From: an uncultured Acidobacteriota bacterium
GTDB taxonomy: Bacteria; Acidobacteriota; Blastocatellia; RBC074
Direction: 5' to 3'
NCBI GenBank assembly: GCA_963796275.1
Contig: CAWCKY010000001.1
Span: 1,260,662-1,324,661, forward strand
DNA: 64,000 nt
The notes beneath the pieces are model-generated. The model was not told the DNA's origin. It did not search any database and was given only the letters and a program-made list of their open reading frames with translations. The translations under genes were made by a program, and so were the position numbers. Each line of letters begins with the position of its first letter. Positions within the stretch are counted from its first letter, which is position 1. Positions 31,301 to 41,314 of the stretch are shown piece by piece.

Positions 31301-32460
31301 TTCGCGGCCCGAAAAGAAGGTCGAGCAGTTCATCTATGATTCGACCGGGAACATGTTGCGGAGAGGAGAGAGAACGTTTCGCTATGGCCAGCCCGATCGA
31401 TTGACAAGAACAGATGACGCAATACTGAGCTATGACGGGGCGGTAACCTGATCGAGAAGCGGCGAGGTCGATCGGTGATTCATTATAGCTACGATCCTGA
31501 TAACCAGTTGATTGCAGTTGAATCGAAAGAGGGCGGGCGAGTTGAGTGTAGCTTATGATGCATTTGGGCGGCGAATTGCGAAGAGGACGAAAGATGGTGA
31601 ACCGGGATACCTGTGGGACGATGATGTCTTGCTGGCGGAGCAGCGAGACAATAAAGTCGAGTGAATATATCTTTGAGCTTGATAGTTTTATGAGCCGTTG
31701 TAGCCGGTTTGATGAGAATGGTATTGAGACTTATCACAATGATCATTTGGGAACGCCGCGCGAATTGACGGATGAAAATGGGCAAGTAGTGTGGTCTTCT
31801 GAGTATGATGTGTATGGTATCTCAAATCAGTTACACCGAGTGAAATCGGAAAATCAGATTCGCTTTCAAGGACAATATGAAGATTATGAAACCGGATTGC
31901 ACTACAATTTTTACCGGTACTACGATCCAACGAATGGCAAGTATATAAGCCAAGACCCCATTGGGTTGTGCGGGGGTGGGAATCAGTATAGTTATACTCC
32001 CAACCCTATTAACTGGGTTGACCCCTTAGGTTTAGAAGCATGCCCACAATTGTATGCCCGATATAAAATACTGAGGGCCAAAGGTTTCACACCAGCAGAA
32101 GCGGCGTTTGTTGCAAGAAATGGGAGATATACGGCAGCATCCAGGGCACATCTAAAGGGTCAACAGCATCATGCACGTTCACAGCCGAAACAAGGTAAAG
32201 GGCGGTTTTTACCTAGAGAGGGTGGACAGAAGTTTACGGATGAAATCATTTATCATCCAAACACGAAGTGGACACGTCAGCCGAAAGACAATAGATTTAG
32301 ATTTGATAACTCTGATCTGGGTCGCAATGTGGGATATGATACGGATAACAATACTCTTGTGAGAGGAGGAAGAGTAGTCTTGGAACGTGAGGTTCCCTGG
32401 AGTGGTTCTCCTTATGGTCCTGGGAATGCTGTGACTCAATTCCCCCAAAAGTGGCCGTAG
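28308..32460 (+). CDS. prePAAR-TMD-PAAR-DUF6531-Rhs polymorphic toxin (multiple frameshifts, ~1380 aa)
   Basis: AARLNDPVEH prePAAR; Gly/Ala TMD; PAAR (IEGLPAARKGD); DPVEFASG...LGRGW; YD repeats across ORFs 28245/30286/31070/31239/31555; RFQGQYED, YNFYRYYDP, DPLGL then a ~140-aa toxin tip. Confidence 0.9.
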
Positions 32461-32527
32461 ATGAACTGGACGCTACCGGGTTGCATATCGGCTGTTGTGA
32501 CTCAATTCCCACAAAGCTGAGGAAAGT

Positions 32528-32971
32528 ATGCGCGATATCATAGAGAGACTAAAACACGAAGCTATCGAACACAATTACCAGATTGGTTTTGATCGAGCGG
32601 ACGATAGAAAGGATCAAATAATAGAGTTTCTTAAAAAGCGTCGCCTGGCTGTTAAAGTTTACGCTCCTGGCAATGACTTATTTGCCCATTCATTTTCAAT
32701 TGATAAGCCACATGAGGAGTTTGTGATATACGTGAGATTTGATCGGAATTTTTTTACAGCGACTGCTTACAAGAAAGTTGGTCAGGGTAGTAGGGGTGTT
32801 GATGATGAAGATTTGATCAACAAACACCTGGATTCTATATTTTCATATTTAGAAACTCTCGGCCTTGACAGGGTTATTGCTAAAAAACTGATAGAGGTTG
32901 AGTTAGGGGAAGGTCCCCTAGCCGCCGGGCTTACGGCAAACTCACTCTTCTCGGTATTCATAGAAGACTGA
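32528..32971 (+). CDS. Putative cognate immunity protein
   Basis: 147-aa AT-rich ORF with RBS immediately after the Rhs toxin; function inferred from position. Confidence 0.7.
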   Translation: MRDIIERLKHEAIEHNYQIGFDRADDRKDQIIEFLKKRRLAVKVYAPGNDLFAHSFSIDKPHEEFVIYVRFDRNFFTATAYKKVGQGSRGVDDEDLINKHLDSIFSYLETLGLDRVIAKKLIEVELGEGPLAAGLTANSLFSVFIED

Positions 32972-33274
32972 CGCTTAGCCTAGGTGATTGCAGGTTTTTA
33001 CAGCAATCGTGGTTTTGCGCTTACTACTCAGACCAGAGATACAAAGCAGCCACATTAAACATGGGGTCTTGTAAGGGAACATCGATTGAACGCCTCTTGT
33101 TGGTGATCGCCCTGACATTCGCCGCTTAGACCGTCGCGCCGGCCTATCGTAACAGGCAGAAAGTTGAGAAGGCGGTCGGCAGCAAACCCGCGGGCGGATC
33201 AGTGCAAGCAGATCAAAAAGATCAAATTTCCTGATCTACTGCTATGCGTGAGCCAGGAGGTTTTCCAGGAATAT

Positions 33275-33347
33275 CCTCCACGAAGGAACACGAAGAGGCA
33301 CCAAGATTCTTCTTCTGCTTCGCGATCCTTCTGTGGCTTCGTGGAGG
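33275..33347. repeat. Palindromic intergenic element (CCACGAA...TTCGTGG type)
   Basis: CCTCCACGAAGgaaCACGAAG ... CTTCtGTGgCTTCGTGGAGG inverted arms. Confidence 0.55.
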
Positions 33348-33371
33348 ATTGTTCGAGTAATTGTTATCTGG

Positions 33372-34072
33372 CTATGGATGGCCTTCTGTCTTCCAGATTA
33401 GCCCAGGCCCCGGACTGAATGAGGCAGCCCAGTAGAACGGATGCTGCCTCTTCTTGCTCCTCAGCATTCTCAACTGGAACTGCCGCAGCCCTCGCTTCAC
33501 CCCGCTCCTCACCGCAGCGCCCGGTAATACCGGATCATACCTCTTTCGCCCGGTGTCCGAGACCGGCCAGAGGGTCGCTCGCCAGTGTTGCCCTATCCTC
33601 CGAGCAGGCGAAGCAATTTTATTCATTTTCGGGGGTAGAATTCACCACAATATTTCATTTAGATTTTTGGCTTGATGCAATGATACCCGTTTCGTTTAGA
33701 TTTTTACCTGATGCAACACGTACCGTCCTGCACGTATACCGCCTTGATGAACTGATCCGCGCTCAGCCTGATCTGATAGATATGCTCTTGCCCGTCCGCC
33801 ATTTCGCGTTTGACCCGGCTCGCCTGACTCAAGCCCGCGGACTTCCTGTTCGTGATCGCTCCCACTCGGACGTGGAGTTGCCTCAACAGGTCGATTGCCG
33901 GATCGGGCCGCGGGAGCGCCCGAAGACCGGAGGCAGAAGGATAACAGCCAGCAGGCTCAAGATTATGAACAATCCAGGGGAAAATTTGATACATCCCCAT
34001 AAAAGGCAGGCCGGTTCCGTCGGACAGGAACAGAGGGACGCTCGCCGTGATGAGCCATGGTTTCATCTCCAA
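33372..34072 (-). pseudogene. Internally deleted CHAT/TPR gene (N- and C-terminal remnants)
   Basis: KREMADGQEHIYQIRLSADQFIKAV matches the N-domain of 36974-40100; LRQFQLRMLRSKKRQHPFYWAA matches its C-terminus. Confidence 0.7.
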
Positions 34073-34326
34073 TGCTAGCTGTTTATGTTGGGGGGGGACC
34101 TGGGCAGGACGCGATTTTAACTCAACATTTTACCAGGATTCTATGTCGAGTTCGGACCGCCTTGACAGTCATTGAATTATAATTTTTGTTTGTTTCGATC
34201 ATAAATGGCGACAGTCGCCACCGCGGGTTAATATAACTGGCCCCCACAATGTTCAGAGATATGGGCATTCTGGTTGCCGCGTAACGGCGGTTTGGATTCG
34301 GCTGTAATCAACTTCCTCAAGTAGCC

Positions 34327-35349
34327 ATGATTGATCTACTGCTCGAGCCGCTTTTGCTGACGGCCAGTGACGAAGAGATTGATGAAATCATCTCAGAACT
34401 TATAAGCATGCACGCCGCGCCGGTGATCAAAAGGGTCATCGTCTATAAACTCCATCTCAATCCCTATCACGGGACAGGACAGGCCGACGTCGACGACATT
34501 CGACAAGAGGTCATTCTGCAATTGTTGATGAGACTGCGACAGTTTCGCCAGCAGTCAGATGTTTATCCGATCAGCGATGTGCGCGGGTTGACAGCAGCCA
34601 TTACCCGCAGCGCCTGTGCCCGTTGGATGCAGAGGCGATTTCCCGAGAGGCATGCGTTTAAGAATCGACTCTATTACCTGCTGACTCACCAGCCCGGTCT
34701 TGCGCTCTGGCTGTCTGGAAATAGAAAACAGATGGCCGGTTTTAAGATATGGCAGGGGCGAAAGGATCTTGCGACCGTAGAGCAATTCGACCGGCTGTCT
34801 ACGGAAGATGCATTGCTGGATAGAATCCGATCACTCAAGTCTGGGAAGGAAGCGGATTGGGGTGGCGTCCTGGCCGCGGTTTTCGATTGCATCGGAGGTC
34901 CGGTCGAGTTCGATAAACTGACCGGGTTTCTTGCAGGGCTGTTGCGAATCGAAGATCGACCGGTCATCCCGCTTGATCCGAAAGACGAGAGCGGACAACC
35001 GGGTTCGCCCGCCGAGCAGCCTGACCTGGCCTGGCAGACGGAGAAAAGGATCTTTTTGAAAAGGGCGTGGGAAGAGATATGCGAGCTTCCAGCCAAGCAG
35101 CGCGTGGCGCTGTTGCTCAACCTGCGGCGCGAAGACCACGGGCTCTTTCTGGCCAGGGGGATAGCTACTCTTAGCCAAATGGCGGAGGCGTTGGAGATGA
35201 GCCCGGAAAAATTGCCCGAGATGTGGAACGAACTGCCGCTCGAAGATACCAGGATCGCCGGATTGTTACAGTTGACGCGGCAACAGGTGATCAATGCGCG
35301 AAAATCGGGGAGAAAGCGATTGACCCGGCGGTTGAGAGGTTTTATTTGA
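34327..35349 (+). CDS. Atypical, extended ECF-type sigma-70 factor
   Basis: DVDDIRQEVILQLL (region 2-like); WEEICELPAKQRVALLLNLR and IAGLLQLTRQQVINARKSGRKRL (region 4 HTH). Confidence 0.8.
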   Translation: MIDLLLEPLLLTASDEEIDEIISELISMHAAPVIKRVIVYKLHLNPYHGTGQADVDDIRQEVILQLLMRLRQFRQQSDVYPISDVRGLTAAITRSACARWMQRRFPERHAFKNRLYYLLTHQPGLALWLSGNRKQMAGFKIWQGRKDLATVEQFDRLSTEDALLDRIRSLKSGKEADWGGVLAAVFDCIGGPVEFDKLTGFLAGLLRIEDRPVIPLDPKDESGQPGSPAEQPDLAWQTEKRIFLKRAWEEICELPAKQRVALLLNLRREDHGLFLARGIATLSQMAEALEMSPEKLPEMWNELPLEDTRIAGLLQLTRQQVINARKSGRKRLTRRLRGFI

Positions 35350-35524
35350 AGACGATGGTAATAATCGATGCGTTTCAGTAACGTACATCAATGTAAGAGC
35401 CAATGGTGAAGAGAGGTAATGTCCCTCCAGAATTTCCGTTGCTTGGCATTCGTTGCCTGTCACTTTCCAGGGCATAGGAATAAGGCAAAACCCCGGACTC
35501 CCCGGGCTATGAGGTAGAAGCGAC

Positions 35525-36817
35525 TTGTCAGATCATCTTACGAACACGCAGATCGAAGACTACGGCCGTTGCATGCTCTCGGCCGGCGAGGCCCTGTCTG
35601 TATCTGTCCACCTGGCCGGTTGCGAGATGTGCCGGCAGCGGCTCGAAAGTAATACGAATGACGATGAGGAATATCTGGCATTGAGAGTCGAGCTATTGGG
35701 TGAGGCCGAAGCGCTCACTACGCCCATCGGGCACTTGACAGTTGAAGAACTGACCGGATTTGTTGATGGAACCCTGCTCGGAGAGGAATTGCAAGTAGTC
35801 GGAGACCATCTGACCTGCTGCGAAGAGTGCAACCTGGCGGTCAAGGATCTGCTGGCGTTTAAAGATCAGGTGACCCCGGGGTTCGACCGCAGCCATCATC
35901 CATCCGGGTTTCGAGCTCAGGATGAAAGCGGATGGAGACGTCTATTCGCGCCAGGGCCTCGTTTCTGGCCGAAATCTCTCGTCTTCGGGACAGCACTGGC
36001 GGCTTGTTTTCTGGCGGTGATGGGCTGGTTGGTGTGGCGAGAATGGCGGGGAGGCAATGACAATCCGGAAATCGTGAAGGCCCCTTCCTCAGCTGGAGTT
36101 TCCACGCCGGATTCGCCGAAACCGGTGCCGGAAAGCGAATCGTCGCTAATAGTGAGGCTCAATGACGGCGCGGGTGAGGTGACGTTGGACCGAGAAGGTA
36201 AGCTTTCTGGTCTCGATCATCTCTCCCCCGCGGGCTGGCAACTGGCCGAAAGAGCGCTCACCAGTCAGACGATTGAAAGATCGCCGCTGCTATCGGAATT
36301 GACTCGCCCGGAGGGCACATCGAGGGGCAGAGGCGGCCGGAGCGAGATGTTTTCGGTGATCGAGCCGGTCGGTGAGGTGACGATCAGCGACCGGCCGACA
36401 TTCCGCTGGTCGTCGTTGGAGGGAGCGACGAGCTATACGGTTGAGATCTACGACGAGAAACTCCGACGGGTGGAAGTCAGTCAACCAGTCGCCGGTCATT
36501 CCTGGATGGTGACGCAACCGCTCAAACGTGGCCGAATCTATGCCTGGCTGGTGAAGACCTCCAAGAACGGGCGAATAGAGGTTTCTCCGCCGGCGCAAGA
36601 GGCGAGATTCCGAATTCTGGATCAAGCCAGGGCTGACGAATTGTCGGCTGCGCGGCGCGATTACGGATCGTCTCACCTGGCACTGGGGCTGCTCTATGCT
36701 CAAGCTGGCGTGCTCGATGAAGCGGAGCGGGAATTCAGCGCCTTGCAGCGAGCCAATCCTAAATCGGAGATCGTCAATCGATTGCTGATGCGGATTCGAA
36801 AGATGCGCGGACGATGA
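35525..36817 (+). CDS. Zinc-finger (zf-HC2 x2) transmembrane anti-sigma factor with extracytoplasmic domain
   Basis: HLAGCEMC and HLTCCEEC, TM helix, then RPTFRW...YAW...HLALGLLYAQAG domain; follows the sigma gene. Confidence 0.82.
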   Translation: MSDHLTNTQIEDYGRCMLSAGEALSVSVHLAGCEMCRQRLESNTNDDEEYLALRVELLGEAEALTTPIGHLTVEELTGFVDGTLLGEELQVVGDHLTCCEECNLAVKDLLAFKDQVTPGFDRSHHPSGFRAQDESGWRRLFAPGPRFWPKSLVFGTALAACFLAVMGWLVWREWRGGNDNPEIVKAPSSAGVSTPDSPKPVPESESSLIVRLNDGAGEVTLDREGKLSGLDHLSPAGWQLAERALTSQTIERSPLLSELTRPEGTSRGRGGRSEMFSVIEPVGEVTISDRPTFRWSSLEGATSYTVEIYDEKLRRVEVSQPVAGHSWMVTQPLKRGRIYAWLVKTSKNGRIEVSPPAQEARFRILDQARADELSAARRDYGSSHLALGLLYAQAGVLDEAEREFSALQRANPKSEIVNRLLMRIRKMRGR

Positions 36818-36973
36818 CTCGGAGGCGAGTTCATTCATCTTTAGTTAACACCGACCGGCGGCTTCAGGATCGCGGGCCTATTGAGATGGGAGATAGATGT
36901 CCGATCACTCGGAGGAAGCCGGACAGTTTTTTCGGTCTCGTTCTTCCGGGCTATCTCCCGCCTTCAGGTTCGC

Positions 36974-39900
36974 CTATTCTCCGGACTGAATAAATGCGGC
37001 CCAATAGAACGGATGCCACCACCGCGTGCTCCGCAGCATTCTCAACTGCACCTGTCTCAGTCCCTCGCTTCTCTCCTCTCCTTGCCGCAGCGCACGGTAA
37101 TACTGAATCATCAGCTCCTTCGCGCCTTTGTCCTCCACCGGCCAGAGACTCATGACCTGGCTCTCCGATCCGGCCAGCACCAGCGCCCGCCGCAGTCCCT
37201 GCACTCCCTCGCCGTTCCTGATCTCTCCCACTCCTGTCTCGCACGCCGAGAGCACCACCAGCTTCGTCCCCCACAGGTCGAGTCCCGCCACCTCCAATGC
37301 AGTCAACACTCCGTCATCGTCTCCGCTCTTCCCCAGATTAGCTCCCGAGAGCGCCAGTCCGGAACGCAGCAATGGGTCTTTGATGTGCGCCGCCCATTTA
37401 CCCAGCCGCAGGTCCGACAGGCGCAGGGAGTCTCCGAATATGCCCGGTGTTTCCGCGGGAGCCGTCCCCTCATCGCTCAGGAAGAAGCCGTGGGTGGCGA
37501 TGTGGAGGATGCGGGGCGAGTGGGCCTGTTTGAGCGCTGCCTCGGTCGCCCGGCTTCGCAAGAGCATCGATGCTTCCGGGAGGACGGCTTTGATCCCCAG
37601 CGCCTCGCCTTGCGTGCTGGGCAGCGGCCGGAACGGGATCGCTATCGAATCGGCCTCTCCACTCTGAGCCGCTCCCGTGGTGGCATTCGCCGGCCGGCCG
37701 AAGTCTGGATTGGCCACTATCAGCGGCTGATTCTGTTGCGGCTCCGATGTATGCAAGCGCAGCAGGTCGCGTCCGCTCGTCAAGTAGCTGATGGTGTAGC
37801 GCTCAACCAGATACCGTTCCTCTTCATCGACCAGGGCGGCAAAGGGGATGAGGTTGAGTGAGCCGTCGGGAGCGATCAGCAGACGGCGTGTTTCGCCCGG
37901 GCCCGACTGCAGTAGTGCCCGCACGGGCCGCATCAATTTCTCATCCAGTTCGCGACCGAGTTGTTTGACGTCGGGCCTGCCACGCAGCGCCTCGCGCCAT
38001 TCATCTATGGCTTGATCAATGGGCGCAGCGCCGCCGAGGTCCACCCACTTCGGACGCCCCTGGGCCTGGAGCACGTAGGCTAAATATCGCGGCAGCTTGC
38101 TCTTGCCGGTCTGCAGATCTCTCGGTGTGAAGACGGTGAACTCGATCAGCGCGCTGCCCGCTGGGAGAGCCGCCTGAACCGAGGAAAGCGTGACAGGTTG
38201 AGAGTTCGTGCGGAACCCGGTGCTGCGGGAACTGAGTTCGGCTTCCAGGCTCTCGATCTTCTCTTCGAGCGGCTTGAGTCGTCGCTGGTAGGTATCGGGT
38301 GTGGCGGTAGACTCTCTGAAAGTGAGCGCGGCCAGTTGCGAACGGGTCTCGGCGAGTTGACCGAGCAGCTTCTGATCTTCCGATGTGAGGCGGCGGCGCA
38401 AGGCAGCGATGGTGTCGGTCATGGTGTCGAGCGCGCGCCCTTTGCGACGGAGCAGAGTGGTGAAGGCCAGATCGAGCGCCAGCGCATCGCCCGGGGCAGC
38501 CTGGCTGTGAAGAGTGAGAGCGAAGTCTGTCTGAGCTGTGAAGAGAGCGAGGTAGGCCAGTTTCTGCCGTTCGGAGCCGTTGGCGAGGTTGAGCGCGATA
38601 TTATGTTCGCCGACGTCGTTGGCGCGTGATTGGAAGACGATGGCCTGAGCCGGATCGTCCTTTGTTGCATAAAGCCTGGCTAGGCCGGTGAGTGTCTTGC
38701 CGACATCGGGATGTTGCAGCCCCAATGCCCTCTCCCGAATAGCCAGTGCCCGCCGGTAGAGCGATTGGGCCTCCAGATAGCCCCCTCGGTCGCGGTAGAG
38801 ATCGGCGAGATTGTTGAGAGAAAGAGCGAGATCAGGGTGATCCGGCCCCAGCACCTTCTCCCGGATCGCCACCGCTCGCTGATGGAGCGGTTTGGCCTTT
38901 ACATAATCGCCCTGGTCATAATAGAGCAATGCGAGGTTGCCGAGAGAATTGGCGACACTGGGATGATCCGGCCCCAGCGCTTTCTCCAGGATCGCCAGCT
39001 CTCGCTGGTAGAGCGGCTCGGCTCTCAGATAGTCTCCCCGGCCGGAATAGAGCCCTGCGAGATTGCCGAGAAGCAAGCCGACACTGAAATGATTCGGTCC
39101 CATCGCCTTCTCCAGGATCGCCAGCGCTCGCTGGAAGAGCGGCTCGTTTTTCGCGTAATCACCCAGGTAAGCATTAAACTCTGCGAGATTGTTGAGAGAA
39201 GCGGCGATATCTGTGTGATCCGGCCTCAGCGCTTTCTCCCGGATCGCCAGGGCACGTTGAAACATCGGCCCGGCATTTGCATACTTGCCCTGTAGTGTAT
39301 ACACCACTGCGAGATTGCTGAGAGAGAGCGCGACACTGAGGTGATCCGGCCCCAGCGCCTTCTCCCAGATCGCCAGCGCTCGCTGGTAGAGCGGCTCGGC
39401 CTTCGCATACTCGCCTTTGAAATAGTAGAGGCGGGCGAGATCGTTGAGTGCCTCGGCGACATCGCGGTCTTCCGCCCCCAGGGATCCTTTCACGTATCTC
39501 CCGCACGCGTTCGGCCAAGGGGAGCGCCTGATCGTACTTCCCGGCGCGTTTCGGTTTATCAAACTCATTCTTCAGCTTGCGCGCCTCCTGCAGGGCTCGG
39601 TCACGGTCCGTCGCCGCCCGCAACTCCTCGACTCGAATCTCATAGCCTCCCGCAGCCGCTCCTTTATGCACAGACCGCACAGTCAGCCTGTATTCACCTG
39701 TCGATTCGGCCACCAGCGGCACTTCTTCCCGTCCCAGACGTCTGATCTCGGGGTCGAACTCTAAAACCCGGTTGCCGTCCGGTCCCGAGACCTCGACCGC
39801 CAGATCGATCCCCTTCTGCTTGACGACCGCCTTCAGGAACTGACCGGCGCCGAGCTTGGTCCGATAAGTATGCTGCTGCCCGCCTGCCAATTCCCGTTTG

Positions 39901-40100
39901 ACCGGATTGCCCGGTTCGAGCAGACGTACATCCTTTTCATCGCCGCTGCCGCTCTGGCGTTGGGGTGTGTCTTGAGCCGATAGCCTCAGTGGAGCGGCTA
40001 TCAGGCTGATGTTCAGGAAGACACACAGGATTACAGATAGGTTCCGTGAAACGGCTCGCCGCCATCGTTCAGCTGAATGTCGTTCATAGTGATGTGTCAT
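36974..40100 (-). CDS. Secreted TPR + CHAT (caspase-like) protease (frameshift near 39490)
   Basis: Signal peptide; kinesin-light-chain-like TPRs (ALAIxEKALGPDHP); LHIATHG and LSACETG catalytic His/Cys; HPFYWAAFI. Confidence 0.92.
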
Positions 40101-40124
40101 GGCTTCTTATCTCCGTCCCTCCAG

Positions 40125-40212
40125 GTTGGCCCATTCTCCTGACTCTATGAATGCTGCCCAATAAAATGGAAGCCACCAGCGTGCTCCGCAACATTCTCAA
40201 CTGCACCTGCCT
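40125..40212 (-). pseudogene. 3' remnant of a further CHAT gene
   Basis: Close paralog of 36975-37055 ([28 protein letters not shown]). Confidence 0.65.
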
Positions 40213-40499
40213 TGACCTGGGTACATCATACCGAAGCTACACCTGCTATACTTAATGATATTGCTGAAGTCCTGCCTTCAGATTTCAGAGATTATCTCAC
40301 TCCTGCTAAATTTTCGAACCGGTGGCAATATCACGGAAAGTTCGTGGCCGGATTCTTGGTGAATCTGGCTTGCCTGCTTCGAAACCTGCCAGGTCTCTAT
40401 AGAACCTCTTCGCCCTCGGCGAATGTGATCTTATGCCATTGCATTGTTCCGTTTTCCATTTTGATATCCCAAAATGCAAAAACCGCCGCGGGATGTGTC

Positions 40500-40890
40500 C
40501 TCGCGACGGCCGACGTGATCTTTATAACAGTGATGGACATATACCGCCGTCACATTCGCCAAGAGGCTTCGGATGCGCATTATCTCCACGTTGCCAAATT
40601 GGCGACCGGGTTCTGGGGATTGTTCGCTTGCATGGTTGCGCTCTTTGCAGCGCGGCAAGGTTCCCTGATCGAGGTCGTCAACAAATTCGGTTCGTTTTTC
40701 TACGGTTCGATGCTCGGTGTGTTCGTGCTGGTAATCGGGACAAAGCGCGCGACAGGACGCGGGGCCTTTGGGGAATGCTCTGTGGGCTCGTATCTGTGGC
40801 GGTTTTAAGCAAATCTGACAAAAATCAGCTTCCTCTGGTACAACCTGATTGGCTGTGTGGTGGTTATCGTCACAGTATGCTGCTGAGTTG
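40500..40890 (+). pseudogene. C-terminal fragment of a sodium:solute symporter
   Basis: [20 protein letters not shown]...[21 protein letters not shown]; frameshifted, no N-terminus. Confidence 0.7.
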
Positions 40891-41029
40891 GACGGGACGA
40901 CGAATCGAGGTCGCAGCCGGAGTCGAGACGTTATAGTGCACTTCGAGAAAGCCTACTTTTTATAGGGCTTTGGAATATTATCCTTTTTTACGTTATTAGA
41001 TATAAAAAATGGAGCGATGGAAATGACAT

Positions 41030-41280
41030 GGCGAGTCAAATAACAGACGTAGATTCCGCCGTATCGATCGACTCAGGTCGAGACAAGGCGGGAATCAGGG
41101 GGCTGACCTTTTAACCGGGATGTGGGAGCGATTCAGCTACTCTGGCATGCGCGCATTGTTAATCCGCTATATGACAACAGCCGTCGAGGGCGGCGGGATG
41201 GGAATGGATACAAAACGCGCTGCCAGCATCTATGGAGCCTATGTCGGTTCAGTCTACCTGATGTCTATCCGGGCGGCTGG
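41030..41280 (+). pseudogene. N-terminal remnant of a POT/PTR peptide transporter
   Basis: [17 protein letters not shown] (ExxERFxYYG-like) ...IYGAY.G.VYL. Confidence 0.7.
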
Positions 41281-41314
41281 ATTGCAGAGCTCTGAGACAA
41301 ACGAGGGCAACATC

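Noticed and set aside
38700-39480. DNA tandem repeat of ~126 bp period
   Set aside because: Explained by 42-aa TPR coding repeats of the CHAT protein.
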